Source of the DNA: Octopus vulgaris
Taxonomy: Eukaryota
Reading direction: 5' to 3'
Length of the DNA stretch: 64,000 bases
NCBI GenBank assembly: GCA_951406725.2
Contig: OX597843.1
Coordinates: 18,538,001 to 18,602,000, forward strand
This document shows positions 28,700-41,029 of this stretch, piece by piece (position 1 is the stretch's first letter; the number at the start of each line of letters is the position of its first letter). A model generated the notes under the pieces. The model was not told the origin of the DNA, did no database searches, and worked only from the letters and a program-made list of their open reading frames with translations. The translations under genes were made by a program, and so were the position numbers.

Positions 28700-28782
28700 G
28701 ACTTTTGATATGTTCTCAGCAGGGATTTTATATTCGTTCAACGTTTTTAAAATCAAACGAAATGTGAAGGATTTGGTCCAGC
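28700..28782 (-). CDS. Duplicated SEA-like exon 1' (GWTKSFTFRLILKTLNEYKIPAENISKV)
   Basis: 83 nt, splice sites intact, 16/28 aa identical to 51649-51731; may be pseudogenic. Confidence 0.7.
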
Positions 28783-29073
28783 CTATGGATTGATATAGAA
28801 AATAATCACTGCGCTTATAAATGAGAAACGCGTCATAGATGCACATAAAACCCACATACGTAGATAAAAATACAGTTCATAATCACATATACACTTAAAA
28901 ATACTATATATAAATATATATATATATACGAATATACAGACTCACATTAATACATCTGCATCTACATGTATAAATACATATATAAATGCATGTTTGTACA
29001 CACACACAGTTCCATGTACTTATGTATATATATGTGTGTGTGTATATATATATATATGTGTGTGTATATATAA

Positions 29074-29122
<49 letters not shown>

Positions 29123-29229
29123 AAATTGAATAAGGGTAGAAATTGATATTAATCAATTAAAACCAGTGGCCTAGCATATTAAAGAAATCCGAAGATTAAA
29201 ATATTTTTACATACAAAATTTAAATTTAA

Positions 29230-29274
<45 letters not shown>

Positions 29275-29282
<8 letters not shown>

Positions 29283-31330
29283 TAAAAAATGGAGTTAACG
29301 CAGGTTTAAACAAGTATTTTTACTTTCTACATATGTTTCAAAAATTCCACTGATACTTATTCAAAAGAATAAAAGGTATAAACAATGCAATCTTCTCTTC
29401 GGGAAAGTGAAAAAACGAAACTTGTCAATACGACATTTTAGCAAAAAATGATGGATTCGTATAGCGATAGACAGAACGCTATTAATATTGTTTTAAAAAA
29501 CGTTATATGATATAACGTCATAAGTAGCTAACAGAAAGAGTAGGGATATTAATGGTGAATGTTAAATTTAAAGGAAATTAAAGTCTAAACTATATATAAT
29601 GATAGAGACTACTTATATGCACTAAAAGTATGTTTCTGCCAATGCTTACATCTGTATGCTCGTTCTATAACCGTGTTTACTAGAGTATTTTTAGAAAAAA
29701 TAATGAAAAATAGCTCAGAATTGCAGAGAAGACAGAATTTCTTGCCTTTGTCATATGGTATCGAAATTGAGAGGATCAACCATATCATAAACCGTTGACC
29801 AATCTTAAGTACATTAGCAAATTTAGTAATCATCCTAGAGCAATTACTAAGAATTTAGTTAAGAATATTTCATTTAGATTATCTAAATTATCTGCTAATG
29901 TTGATATTTTCAATAATAACGCTAAATTCTATAACTCTGCCTTAATCAAAGCAGGTTATACAGAAAAAAATTTCTACTTTGATTCTGCTCAGTCTAATTG
30001 TAAATTCAATAATGTAGATAAGATTTCTAGTCGTAAAAGAATTATTGATAACAAACATAACTTACGCACCGATACAAAGCGAATGAAGGCAGATAACCCT
30101 TATTTATTCCCCTATTACCGATCTAAAAGTAAATATAACACCTTCAAAAGTAATTACGCTATGAATACTAGTAAAAATATTTGGTTAATAATTCCTTACG
30201 GGAGACAAATTAAATCTAATCTCCCAATGCTGTTTCGTCAAGCTATTGCTAGGAATTTTCCAAACAATTCTAGATATTACTCTATAATTAATTCACATAA
30301 GGTTAGGATAGGTTTTTCAAACAAAAAAAATCTCTTGCAAATTATATCTTCTCATAATAACAAACTGTTAAATATTAATACATTTACTAATACTAACATT
30401 AATTTAGCTAATACCATCCAACCCTCTAGAAGTATTAATAGCAAGGTTATTGTATCTGAAGTCAATTCCAATAGAATTAAATTTATGTCAAGTAACTCTA
30501 AGATTAAAAATTATATATACCAGTGTATAATCAGTACTCGTAATAAAGTACGATTTTACATTGGAAGCACATCGTTAGAGTTATCTAAGAGAATCTCTAT
30601 CCATTACTCAACATTTAGGGATAGAAATAAACGGAATAGTACCGGTCTCAGCAAACTGTTTTGGATTTAAAATACCACAATGAACAATTTCATTTAGAAT
30701 GGTTGATCCTCTCAATTTCGATACCATATGACAAAGGCAAGAAATTCTGTCTTCTCTGCAATTCTGAGCTATTTTTTATTATTTTTTCTAAAAATACTCT
30801 AGTAAACACGGTTATAGAACGAGCATACAGATGTAAGCATTAGCAGAAACATACTTTTAGTGCATATAAGTAGTCTCTATCATTATATATAGTTTAGACT
30901 TTAATTTCCTTTATATTTAACATTCACTATTAATATCCCTACTCTTTCTGTTAGCTACTTATGATGTTATATCATATAACGTTTTTTTAAAACAATATTA
31001 ATAGCGTTCTGTCTATCGCTATACGAATCCATCATTTTTTGCTAAAATGTCGTATTGACAAGTTTCGTTTTTTCACTTTCCCGAAGAGAAGATTGCATTG
31101 TTTATACCTTTTATTCTTTTGAATAAGTATCAGTGGAATTTTTGAAACATATGTAGAAAGTAAAAATACTTGTTTAAACCTGCGTTAACTCCATTTTTTA
31201 TTCATATTATTCAAATATTCAACGTAAACACGAAGTTTCAACCTTTATAAACAAGGAGTTACAACATCTTTACTTGTGAGATTTTTGCTGCCCTGGTAAC
31301 TATTCATTCATTTATCCGTGTTAATTGTTA
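29275..31330 (+). mobile_element. Penelope-like element, 5'-truncated, with ~510-bp inverted pLTR duplication
   Basis: ORF 29795-30670 (SNHP; YIYQC…FYIGST); 29275-29783 is the reverse complement of 30699-31207; flanked by (TA)n. Confidence 0.9.
31075..31161 (+). ncRNA. Hammerhead-like motif in Penelope pLTR (mirror copy 29322-29408 on -)
   Basis: actttc-CCGAAGA-long stem II-GAAA-catatg-TA-gaaagt; U4C core variant. Confidence 0.5.
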
Positions 31331-31348
31331 ACAAGGTAAAATACACTC

Positions 31349-31401
<53 letters not shown>

Positions 31402-32161
31402 AATCAGCCCACATTTGCATACATATGTAACATATATATAAGCTTATATTCATATGTACATACATAAGTAAACATATATATATATATAAATACATATACA
31501 AATGCATTATAAACATTTATTTGCATCTATGTACACGTACACGTATCCAATACAGGATTTCCTTATATGGACAGTACTTCTGTGAAACGATCGTAAGATG
31601 CTTTAAATACTTAATTCAAAACTTTTAAACTGTCATATACATTATATATTTATACGTATACATATATACATATATTTTTATAAATATTTATATTTATTTA
31701 TTTATATATTTTTAATACAACCATTTTTTTTCACACCTGTATATCTTTCTGAGGAGTTTTCTCATATTGAATTCTTAATATTAATAATAATATATTATTT
31801 TAAAATATATATAATCGCTCGTATTAAATATATACATACTTTAATAGTATTGACACTTTGATACAATAGAGCACTCAATATATATATTCAGTATATAATA
31901 TTCTCATTGAATATATTTGACTAAAGATTCATATATACTCTTTACTCTTTTTACTCTTTTACTTGTTTCAGACATTTGACTGTGGCCATGCTGGAGCACC
32001 GCCTTAAGTCGAGCAAATCGACCCCAGGACTTATTCTTTGTAAGCCTTGTATTTATTCTATCGGTCTCCTTTGCCGAACCGCTAAGTTACGGGGACATAA
32101 ACACACCAGCATCGGTTGTCAAGCGATTTTTTTTTTGGGGGGGGGGGGGCAGAAACATACA

Positions 32162-32230
<69 letters not shown>

Positions 32231-32387
32231 ACGACTGGCTTCTTTCGGTTTCCGTCCACCAAATCCACTCACAAGGCTTTGGTCGGCCCGAGGCTATAGT
32301 AGAAGACAGCAAGGTACCACGCAGTGGGACTGAACCCGGGACCATGTGTTTCGTAAGCAAGCTACATACCACACAGCCACTCCTACG

Positions 32388-32426
<39 letters not shown>

Positions 32427-32437
32427 ATGTATGTATA

Positions 32438-32722
32438 TCACGTGATCACGTTACCGACCAGTCCATCAGATGTAGTTACACATCGCTGTTCACAATACGT
32501 TCGCATTGTTTTAGCCTTCGAATGAGGCCACCCCGCTGGCTAAGCGAGCAGGCTAATAGAAGAAAGAGTGGTGAAAGAGTACAGCAGGGATCACCATCCC
32601 CTGGCGGAGCCTCGTGGAGCTTTTAGGTGTTTTCGCTCAATAAACACAACGCCCGGTCTGAGAATCGAAACCGTGATCCTACGACCGCGAGTCCGCTGCT
32701 CTAACCAATGGGCCATTGCGAC

Positions 32723-32724
<2 letters not shown>
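32438..32724 (-). mobile_element. tRNA-derived SINE family 3
   Basis: Minus-strand head gggtcgcaatggcccattggttagagc…ggtttcgattctc with A/B boxes; sits in (TA)n. Confidence 0.7.
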
Positions 32725-32785
<61 letters not shown>

Positions 32786-33259
32786 TATATATAACCATGC
32801 CCACACTTGCATACATATGTATTAGAATACGATTGTTCCTTTCCAGCAACACAAAACCATGCAATGGTCATTTTTTATATTGGTTTTGAAACAAAAAGCC
32901 TACAGTTACAAAGAAAATGACAATTATAAAAGCACAGTAAAATAGAACACAAAAGAAATATCTAAACCGGTTTTCATTAATTTGAATATCCTGTGTGCGA
33001 AGAATACATTGTATGCAAGCAAGAGGGATATTATCGTTTGGAAAGAGAATCGCTTTCAATTGAAATTTCAGGAAGAAAAATTTCTGGCCTTTTCTCTCTC
33101 GCGTCGCTTAATTTAGGCCTTTTGGACACAGTTTCTGCACTCTTCATACTTGCAGGCCTTTTCATTAGAAATATAGCAAGAGAAGTATGCTTTTACCTGC
33201 CTTTCTATTCAAACTTTAGTAGTTTTTCTGTGCCACACTGTAAATACTCGGCTAAGCTT

Positions 33260-33960
33260 TTTTTTCCATCTGTACACATTCGTCTACTGCTATTAAGCAT
33301 CTCCCAGTCTGGTCTTTCCTTAATTACAGTCGGATGTTGAGCTCCACATATTTTCAGCAACATATTAGTTTTTGTCAAATTTCTTTATTTTGATTAATAT
33401 TATTTCTCTTTATCACATGTTTTCTAGGAGTTTCTTGAGGCTTGCATTGTCGGCGTTCCTGGACACTTGCTCATTCTAATGTCGACCCTCCAGTTTGTGG
33501 CCAAAGCTTACTCTTGCGCTGCCAATATAGTGTTCTCGGTCTCTTTCTTTAGAATTCCTTTCATCAGCCAATCCCACCTACTTTTTGTTATATGGAAATT
33601 CATTGTATACTCCCTTCTTGAGCCATTCTTCTTCATTTCTTTTTGTGTTTCTTCCTTCGTTTTTCCTGCTTTCAATACTCCCTCATTCCTAACTGTCACT
33701 AGTAAGGTTTCCTTACTTTGGGTTCGGTATCTCATTAAGCCTTCGAGTTCGAAACTCACGCAGTTTCCCACACTTATCAGTCTTCTTCCTCCATTCCCTC
33801 TCTTCGCGTATCGGCGATCAATGTCTGCATATGGATGATGGGCTCCACACATCGTTAGGACCTTTCTTGACTTCCTGTCCATCTCCTTTAGCTTCTTCTC
33901 TGTCCACTTCAGTTTTCCAGGTTTCAAAACAATATTTTGCTCACCCGCCAAAAGTGCTCT
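33260..33960 (-). mobile_element. Degenerate R4/Dong-like fragments
   Basis: MDRKSRKVLTMCGAHHPYADIDRRYAKRGNGGRRLI and WLMKGILKKETENTILAAQE. Confidence 0.75.
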
Positions 33961-34471
33961 CTTTTTCTCTTTTCCTTCATGTCGTGGTGTTTGATTCCAT
34001 CTGTGTGTGTGTGTGTGAGTGTGAGTGAGAGAGAGAGAGAGAGAGTGTGTGTGTGTTGGGAGAGAGAACATTGCAAACGATGAATGAAATGAATATGAAA
34101 TGAATAAATCGTGTAAATAAAAGGGCATAATCAAAGGAACAATGCAGGTTTCAAATATTGGTACGTGACCAGCAGATTCTGTGCAGGGGTTAAGTTGATT
34201 ACATTGACCCAGAGCTCAAATTTTGCTTATTTTATCGACACAGAAATGATGAAAAGCAAAGTCAATCTCGGCGGAATTTGAACTCAGAACATAAAGACGG
34301 ACGAAATAATGCAAAGCATTTCTCCCGGTCTGCTAACGATTCTGCCAGCTTACCGCCTAATTTAAGGATTAATATTATTAAACAGACAGATAGTCACTCA
34401 CAAAAATTACTTCTTCTCATCCTGCTACTTCTACTGCTGTAAAAGTCATTTAAAAACATTTGCTCGCTCAC

Positions 34472-34641
34472 CATCATCAATGTCTTTGCTTTCGATATCC
34501 TTTAGTCCTTGTGTGGTCTGTTCTGCATTGTAACATTGAGACATGTCTGGTTCTTGCCAGATACCAGTAAACGGTGAACACTTTTGTGATGACATGTTTT
34601 GACTTGATGCCATTTCTGGATGCCCCACTGTTCTGGGAGAA
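34472..34641 (-). CDS. aGPCR-like gene B, HormR exon 2 / start of GAIN-A (SPRTVGHPEM…GIWQEPDMSQCYNAEQTTQGLKDIESKDIDD)
   Basis: attttttcag| and |gtgagc, phase 2->1; GxWxxPDxSxC motif. Confidence 0.88.
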
Positions 34642-36051
34642 CTGAAAAAATAAATGTTAAATATTGTCAGTCGAGTTTATTCATTCTTAGGAGAATTTCA
34701 TCAGTCTCAGAGGAATATAAGAAACCTTCGAACTGGTCGGGATTTGAACTCATACTTTAGTGAAAGAAGGATAAATGGTGTATTGCATTTAGGGAATAAA
34801 TCTATTATTTACTCCTGATCCCTATCCTCAAAACTAATGTCATATATTTTCTAACTAGAGTTCAGATATAAACACAATATCCTGCCTCTGCTTGTATTTA
34901 CAAAAAATTGTTGTTTTTATGATTATTCAATACAAGATTAGTTGGAACGGTGTAGGTGATGCAATATTAAAGAACCGGGATGTTAGTTCAAGTTGAGTGG
35001 GGAAATTAGTTGCTAATATTTCGCCACCATAGACATCAGTAGCAACAGCGGCAGCAATGGATTTACGTATATTTTCCTACATATGCACAGATTTGAGTAA
35101 TTCCACCAGTTGGTCTTGTCTTAAAACTAATAAAGCTCAGCCTCTGGGAGGAACAATTTAGATGCTTAACCTGTGGAATGACGTGGTAGAAATGAGAGAA
35201 GAGAGACCGTGTTACATAGTTTGTGATGAGTAAAATGCCAGGATGACCATCATGTACTAGCAAGATATATAGCTCTACAGTAATCATAAAATTGAATAAA
35301 TAATATTAGCCTGAAACCAACAGAATCACCGATAGATTCTATTGGCTGTATCTAGGTATGTGCTTTCTTTCCTACAATTATTTTGTGAAATTCTTACAAG
35401 AATCTTTAAATCTTTGAATAATGCTGATTTCAAATTTTGGCACAGGGTCAGCTATTTTGGGCTGGGATAATTCAATTACATAGACCCCAGTGTTTAATTG
35501 GTACTTATTTAATCGATCCCGAAAGGATGAGAGAGAAAGTCAACCCTAGTGGCATTTGATCTCAGAATGTAAAGACGGAAAAACTGCTGCTAAGCATTTT
35601 GTCCGGCATGGTAACGATTCCGCCAGCTCAGCACCATAAAGCATTGTCTAATATTGGTTTCAAATTTTGGCACAAGGCCAGCAATTTTAGGGGAAGGGAT
35701 AAGTCGTTTACACCAACCTCAGTGCTCAATTGGTATTTATTTCATCGACCCGAAAAAATTAAAGGCAAAGTCGACCTTGGCGGAATTTGAACTCAGAACA
35801 TAAAAACGAATGAAATGAAAGCTTTGTATAATTTTGGCAACAAAGCCAATCTAGATAGTTAGGATAAGGCTAAATTATATCAAATAATGTATAAAATGTA
35901 AAAACGCTGGGACAAGAGATTGCAACCGATGGACGTTTAATTCTCTCGTGTTAATAAAGCTGTTATTTGCTCTACCAAGTAACATTCTCTCACAATAGGA
36001 TGGCGCTGAAAACTTCAAAATTTGAGTTGAAATAAATCAATAGAAACGAAC

Positions 36052-36166
36052 CAATGCCTTCTGGCTACATTTCCATGACATGGGATCTCTGCAGTAGTTC
36101 CTATTTTTGTCATTGGCCAGGAGAAAGTTCCATTGTTAGTTGATGTTGTGCTTTCATCACAAAACA
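36052..36166 (-). CDS. aGPCR-like gene B, HormR domain exon 1 (MFCDESTTSTNNGTFSWPMTKIGTTAEIPCHGNVARRHC)
   Basis: tttcttttcag| and |gttcgt, phase 1->2; C..WPxTxxGxxAxxPC..AxRxC hormone-receptor motif. Confidence 0.88.
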
Positions 36167-36194
36167 CTGAAAAGAAACAAAACATGGATATGGG

Positions 36195-36374
36195 AGTAGT
36201 CAGTAGTAGGAGTGGTGGTAGTGATGGTGGTGATTGTGGTGGTGGTGATGGTGTTGGTGCTGGTGATGTTGTTAGTGCTGGTGATAGTGGTGGTGCGGGT
36301 GATGGTATTATTATTAGTATTATTGTTATTTTCATTATTATTATTATTAATATTACTATTATTATTATTATTAT

Positions 36375-36464
<90 letters not shown>

Positions 36465-36485
36465 CAGCAGCAGTAGTTGCTGTTG
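36195..36485. repeat. Compound (GGT)/(ATT)/(AGT) trinucleotide tract
   Basis: Direct reading, in intron immediately upstream of the HormR exon. Confidence 0.95.
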
Positions 36486-37059
36486 TAAATAGTTTGGACG
36501 TGCTGGCCGAAGGGAGGAAAAATGTGCCATGAAGTGTTGCAAACATATACGGAGAGCGATATACTGATAGGCTATGAAAAATCTTCAAAATATGTTAGAG
36601 CATTTTCGAATTGTTAGTCTCCCCGGGGAAGCAACTATTTGCTTCCATACTGAGATATGTACAAAGTATGGATATGTATAGCAGTGACATACAAGCAGTC
36701 ATTGAAAACGATAGAGTCTGATTAAAGAAGGATTAGCCGAGTTTGATTTCCTGGAGAAGAAATTCTTAAACTGGAGAAAATTTGAGATCATCTATCCTGA
36801 GAATGCAACTGAGAATCAAAAGTCTTGGTCAATATCACCAGAAATAACAATTAGCAAAGACTTTTATATTTATATAAGACCCATGATACGGACACAGACT
36901 CGCATCGCAGCTCACAATTCAAACGTCAACATACTACCCCTCTATTACCTTCCTTTTCACCAGCATATAAAGAAACATTTGGAAAACTCGACGGACCATA
37001 AAAACGGCTGACAACTGCTGGCCAAAATGTTGGGAATAGAAGTTAAATCTCCTAAATTC

Positions 37060-37097
<38 letters not shown>

Positions 37098-37589
37098 GCT
37101 AATCTGTGTGGTAAGAAGCTTGCTTGCCAACAACATGGTTCCAGGTTCAGTCCGGCAGTGTTACACCTCACTCGGGCAAGTGTCTTCTAATATATCCTCG
37201 GGCCCGCAAAAGCCTTGTGAGTAGATTTCGTAGACGGAAACTGAAAGAAGCCCGTCGTATACACACACACACACACACACTCACACACATATATTTTTGT
37301 GTGGCTTGTCCACTACCATTGCTTTACGACCGATGTTGGTGTGTTTACGTCACCGTAACTTAGAGGCTTTGTAAAAGAAATCGATAGAATAAGTACTAGG
37401 CTTACAAAGAATAAATCATGGAGTCGATTTGTTCGACTAAAGTTGGTGCTGCAGCATGACCGCAGTCACATAACTGAAACAAGTAGAAGTGTATATATAT
37501 ATATATATATATATATATGCATATATACATACGTATATGTACATACATTATACGTATATATATATACGTATATATATATACGTATAAAA

Positions 37590-37815
37590 AAGCTAATAAT
37601 ATAATAGAAACAGACATATATTATAAGCCTACAGACTCTAAGCAATATCTTCCATTCAATTCATGCCACCCCAGACACACCAGGATGAATATCCCCTTCA
37701 ACCTAGCAAAAAGGATATGCACTATAGTCTCGAACGCAAACACCAGAGACACACGACTACAAGAACTGAAAGATACCCTTATCACCAGGAACTATCCACC
37801 TTCACTTATTGACAC
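37590..37815 (+). mobile_element. Penelope-like RT thumb fragment inside (TA)n
   Basis: TDIYYKPTDSKQYLPFNSCHPRHTRMNIPFNLAKRICTIVS…RNYP. Confidence 0.82.
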
Positions 37816-37866
37816 TAAAATGTTCACTATAAAATTATTTTAGCATTTTCTATTTTTGACTTGTTT

Positions 37867-37930
<64 letters not shown>

Positions 37931-39805
37931 GCATATGTGGGCACAGGACGTCACAAAACGTAAACAACAAAAAATACGAAGTACAAGTACATGTATATAT
38001 ATGTATGTATATATGTATGTATGTATGTATATATATTATATACATATATTATTTATATTATTATATAATTGAACGCCACGAATCCTCTTCCAAATAAGTT
38101 TTATCATAATAATTCTGATGCACACTCTATTCTATCCTTTTACTTTTTCATTTTTCCCTCTTCCTTTCTCTTATTCTTCTACCTCCCGCTCTCCCCTCCT
38201 ATTTTAATCATTTATCCTATCTCCAATTCTTTTCTTCTCCACTTCACAGTTCGCTGCCTGTCACTCTCTCTCCCTCACTCTCCCAACGTGACCATCGGCC
38301 ATCTTTCTTCTCTTAAGTTGCGTTTCTTTCTCTCTGTTGTAACTGGACCAAGAAGACGTATTCTTGTCTGTCTCCCGTCCAAGCTTATTTTCACGCGTTC
38401 GCCACCACAACCTCGTTGAGGCTTAGTAGCACTTCCTGTTTGTTTTCACTGTCCTGTTTTTGTTACTAATTTTGACCCTCCGCAAAATCCTAAATTTTAT
38501 TTAATTTTGCTATGCGGGAGCAACCGTTTTATCGAAGGCGTATCTTGTGAAATGCTCGAAATACGGAAGTAGAAAAACAGCCGTTTAAAGAGAGTAATAA
38601 TGTAATAAATTTTGAAGATGTATGATTGTCGATTCTTCTTTACAATATATTGATGATATATGTATACAAGTATGTATGCTTATGCAAGCACAGACACATA
38701 CACACACATACATACACATACACACACATATACAGAGTGTCTCCAAAGAATATATACACACATTGAATGACTGTGAAGTCAGTTCTTATAATACATGTCA
38801 TTTTCAGACGGATTGTATTTCTTTATGAACGCTTGTTTTGAAACTTATGATCATTCTGGTTCAATTGCTGTGGATATCGCAAAGTAATCGTGTCTCAAGC
38901 ATCAAGGATCCTCGTAGTAGATATGACCAAAGCCTCAATCATCTTCCAGTGGCTTGGATTATCCATTATCGCAGCAGTAAAAACTGTCAACTGGAAGTCA
39001 CTACTTGTCCGCTGAAGCAAAATTGGAAATAGCGTATACCTATACACACGTTCATATGTACGTACGTTCAAATACAGGCACATACGTACATATACACACA
39101 CATATATAAACATAAAATATATATAATACACTCACATGCACACACATACATAGGCGCAGGCGTAGCTGTGTGGTAAGAAGTTTGGTTCCCTATCACATGG
39201 TCTCGGGTCCATGTGAGTGCATTTGGTAGAGGGAACATGAAAGAAAACCATCGTATATGATAATATCTTTTATGCTGGACATACATAAACTTAAGATTGA
39301 TTTGGTGGTGGTAAAAAGAAAGGAAAGGGAGCCGAGTCAGAAAAAATATATCACTGCTCGGCAATGGGATGTGATTTGTTTCTCTTCTATGTTTGTTGGA
39401 CGTGTCAGTTGTGATTGTATATATATCGTTCCTAGTTCGAAAATGAACGTGACCACATAACACAAAATAAATTTGAGCTCAAGAAAATTATTTGCAGCAC
39501 TAAATAATTTTCCTGTTCGAGTAAATGAAAGCGCACGATTTGTGTGAATTTTTCAATCCAGTGGAGCTTGCACCTTCTACTTCTATACATAAGTAGAATA
39601 CATTTTTGCCCTCGAGGTAATTGGTATAATTAAAAAGAAAATGTAAATAAATAGGTCTGTATGATTGTGTGTGTGTGTGTGTGTGTGTCCTGTGGCATCA
39701 TCTACTGATGATGACGATGACGAGAACGGCGAAGATGATGGTAATGGTGATGATAAAGCTAATTATGATGGTAGTGGTGATAAAAATAAGAGACACAATA
39801 CTTAC

Positions 39806-39963
39806 TTTCATCAAACAACTCTATGTGACTTTGCTGAACTCCGACGTTACGCAAAGGTTGGGATGTGCTTAAAACTTGGGAGATATTGCGCAACAGTTGT
39901 TTTTTAGATGTCTTGCTATATGGTTTGGAGTAAATAGCAAATATCGTCCGGTTTCTATCCAAA
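39806..39963 (-). CDS. aGPCR-like gene B, SEA-like exon 3 (LDRNRTIFAIYSKPYSKTSKKQLLRNISQVLSTSQPLRNVGVQQSHIELFDE)
   Basis: ttcttatttcag| and |gtaagt, phase 2->1; open frame. Confidence 0.82.
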
Positions 39964-40004
39964 CTGAAATAAGAATAAATACACGTATATAGATAGATAA
40001 AGGA

Positions 40005-40146
<142 letters not shown>

Positions 40147-40357
40147 TATAATTAGTTTAAACAGTCAGCAGAATTTTCATAAGTTATGGCAATCTAAATG
40201 GTTTTTAAAATAATTTTGTCCTAATTACAGGACCTAAATTGCACCATTATATAAATCTGACCATTGACTGAAAAACTTTCATTTACTGATTATGGATAAC
40301 AATGTATCAACACTGATGCGTGTCGACCACAGTTTCTTTACTTTAGTAAGGCTATTT

Positions 40358-40812
40358 GGATCTTTTCGGTTTGAACGGCAGTTTTTTCTAGCGGTGTCAT
40401 ATGAAATTGTCACCCATAATTATGACCCTAGAGTTGATCTATTGCATTTCAATCTCTTTTAGGGTTAGGGTTAGTTAGGGTTAGCTAGGGTTAGTTAGGG
40501 TTAGGGCTAGGGTTAGGGGTTAGGGGTGGAGGAAGGGTATCTTTTTTTCTTCACAAATGTAAATAAACCCAATCTGTTTCTTAAACGAGGGACATATTCA
40601 TACGGCACAGAATGCTTTTTAACTCAATAGAGGTCACTGATTGGTTGAAATTGCAGAAATTGAAGACAAAAAAACAACAAACTACAGAATTTTCTCAATA
40701 AAGGCAAGAGAAAAAGATGTTTTATAAACACATTCTACCAGTATACGAAGTTTGAAATTTTTTAGTTACCTAGAAATTACGTTAAAAACTGCCCTTCAAA
40801 CCGCAAAGATCC
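40358..40812. mobile_element. 455-bp MITE with 29-bp TIRs, 8-bp TSD and internal TTAGGG-like tract
   Basis: ggatcttttcggtttgaacggcagttttt / aaaaactgcccttcaaaccgcaaagatcc (27/29); TSD ggctattt / ggctgttt. Confidence 0.88.
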
Positions 40813-41029
40813 GGCTGTTTTTATTTCTTCGTTAATTACAGGTGTCAATTGAACTAGTTACATCCCAAGGCCAAAATGTAGACGAATTTGTCTATTAGAA
40901 ATCAATACAAGCAACACATATATGCATGCATAGATGCCTGCATATACACTCACATATTCACGCATACGGATATATTGTGTGTATGTGTGTGTGTGTGTGT
41001 GTGTGTTTATATTTATACATATATACTAA

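Larger units (their letters stand above)
24790..28905 (+). repeat. Diverged direct segmental duplicate of parts of 39460-51860 (three exons plus alignable intron blocks)
   Basis: 24790-25360~39460-39900; 26720-26995~49160-49437; 27735-28460~50365-51490; 28690-28905~51640-51860. Confidence 0.9.

Noticed and set aside
29795-30670. Free-standing GIY-YIG homing endonuclease or phage gene
   Set aside because: RT-thumb SNHP motif upstream and inverted pLTR show it is a Penelope-like element
40459-40527. Telomere or chromosome fusion scar
   Set aside because: Short, degenerate and enclosed by TIRs with a TSD
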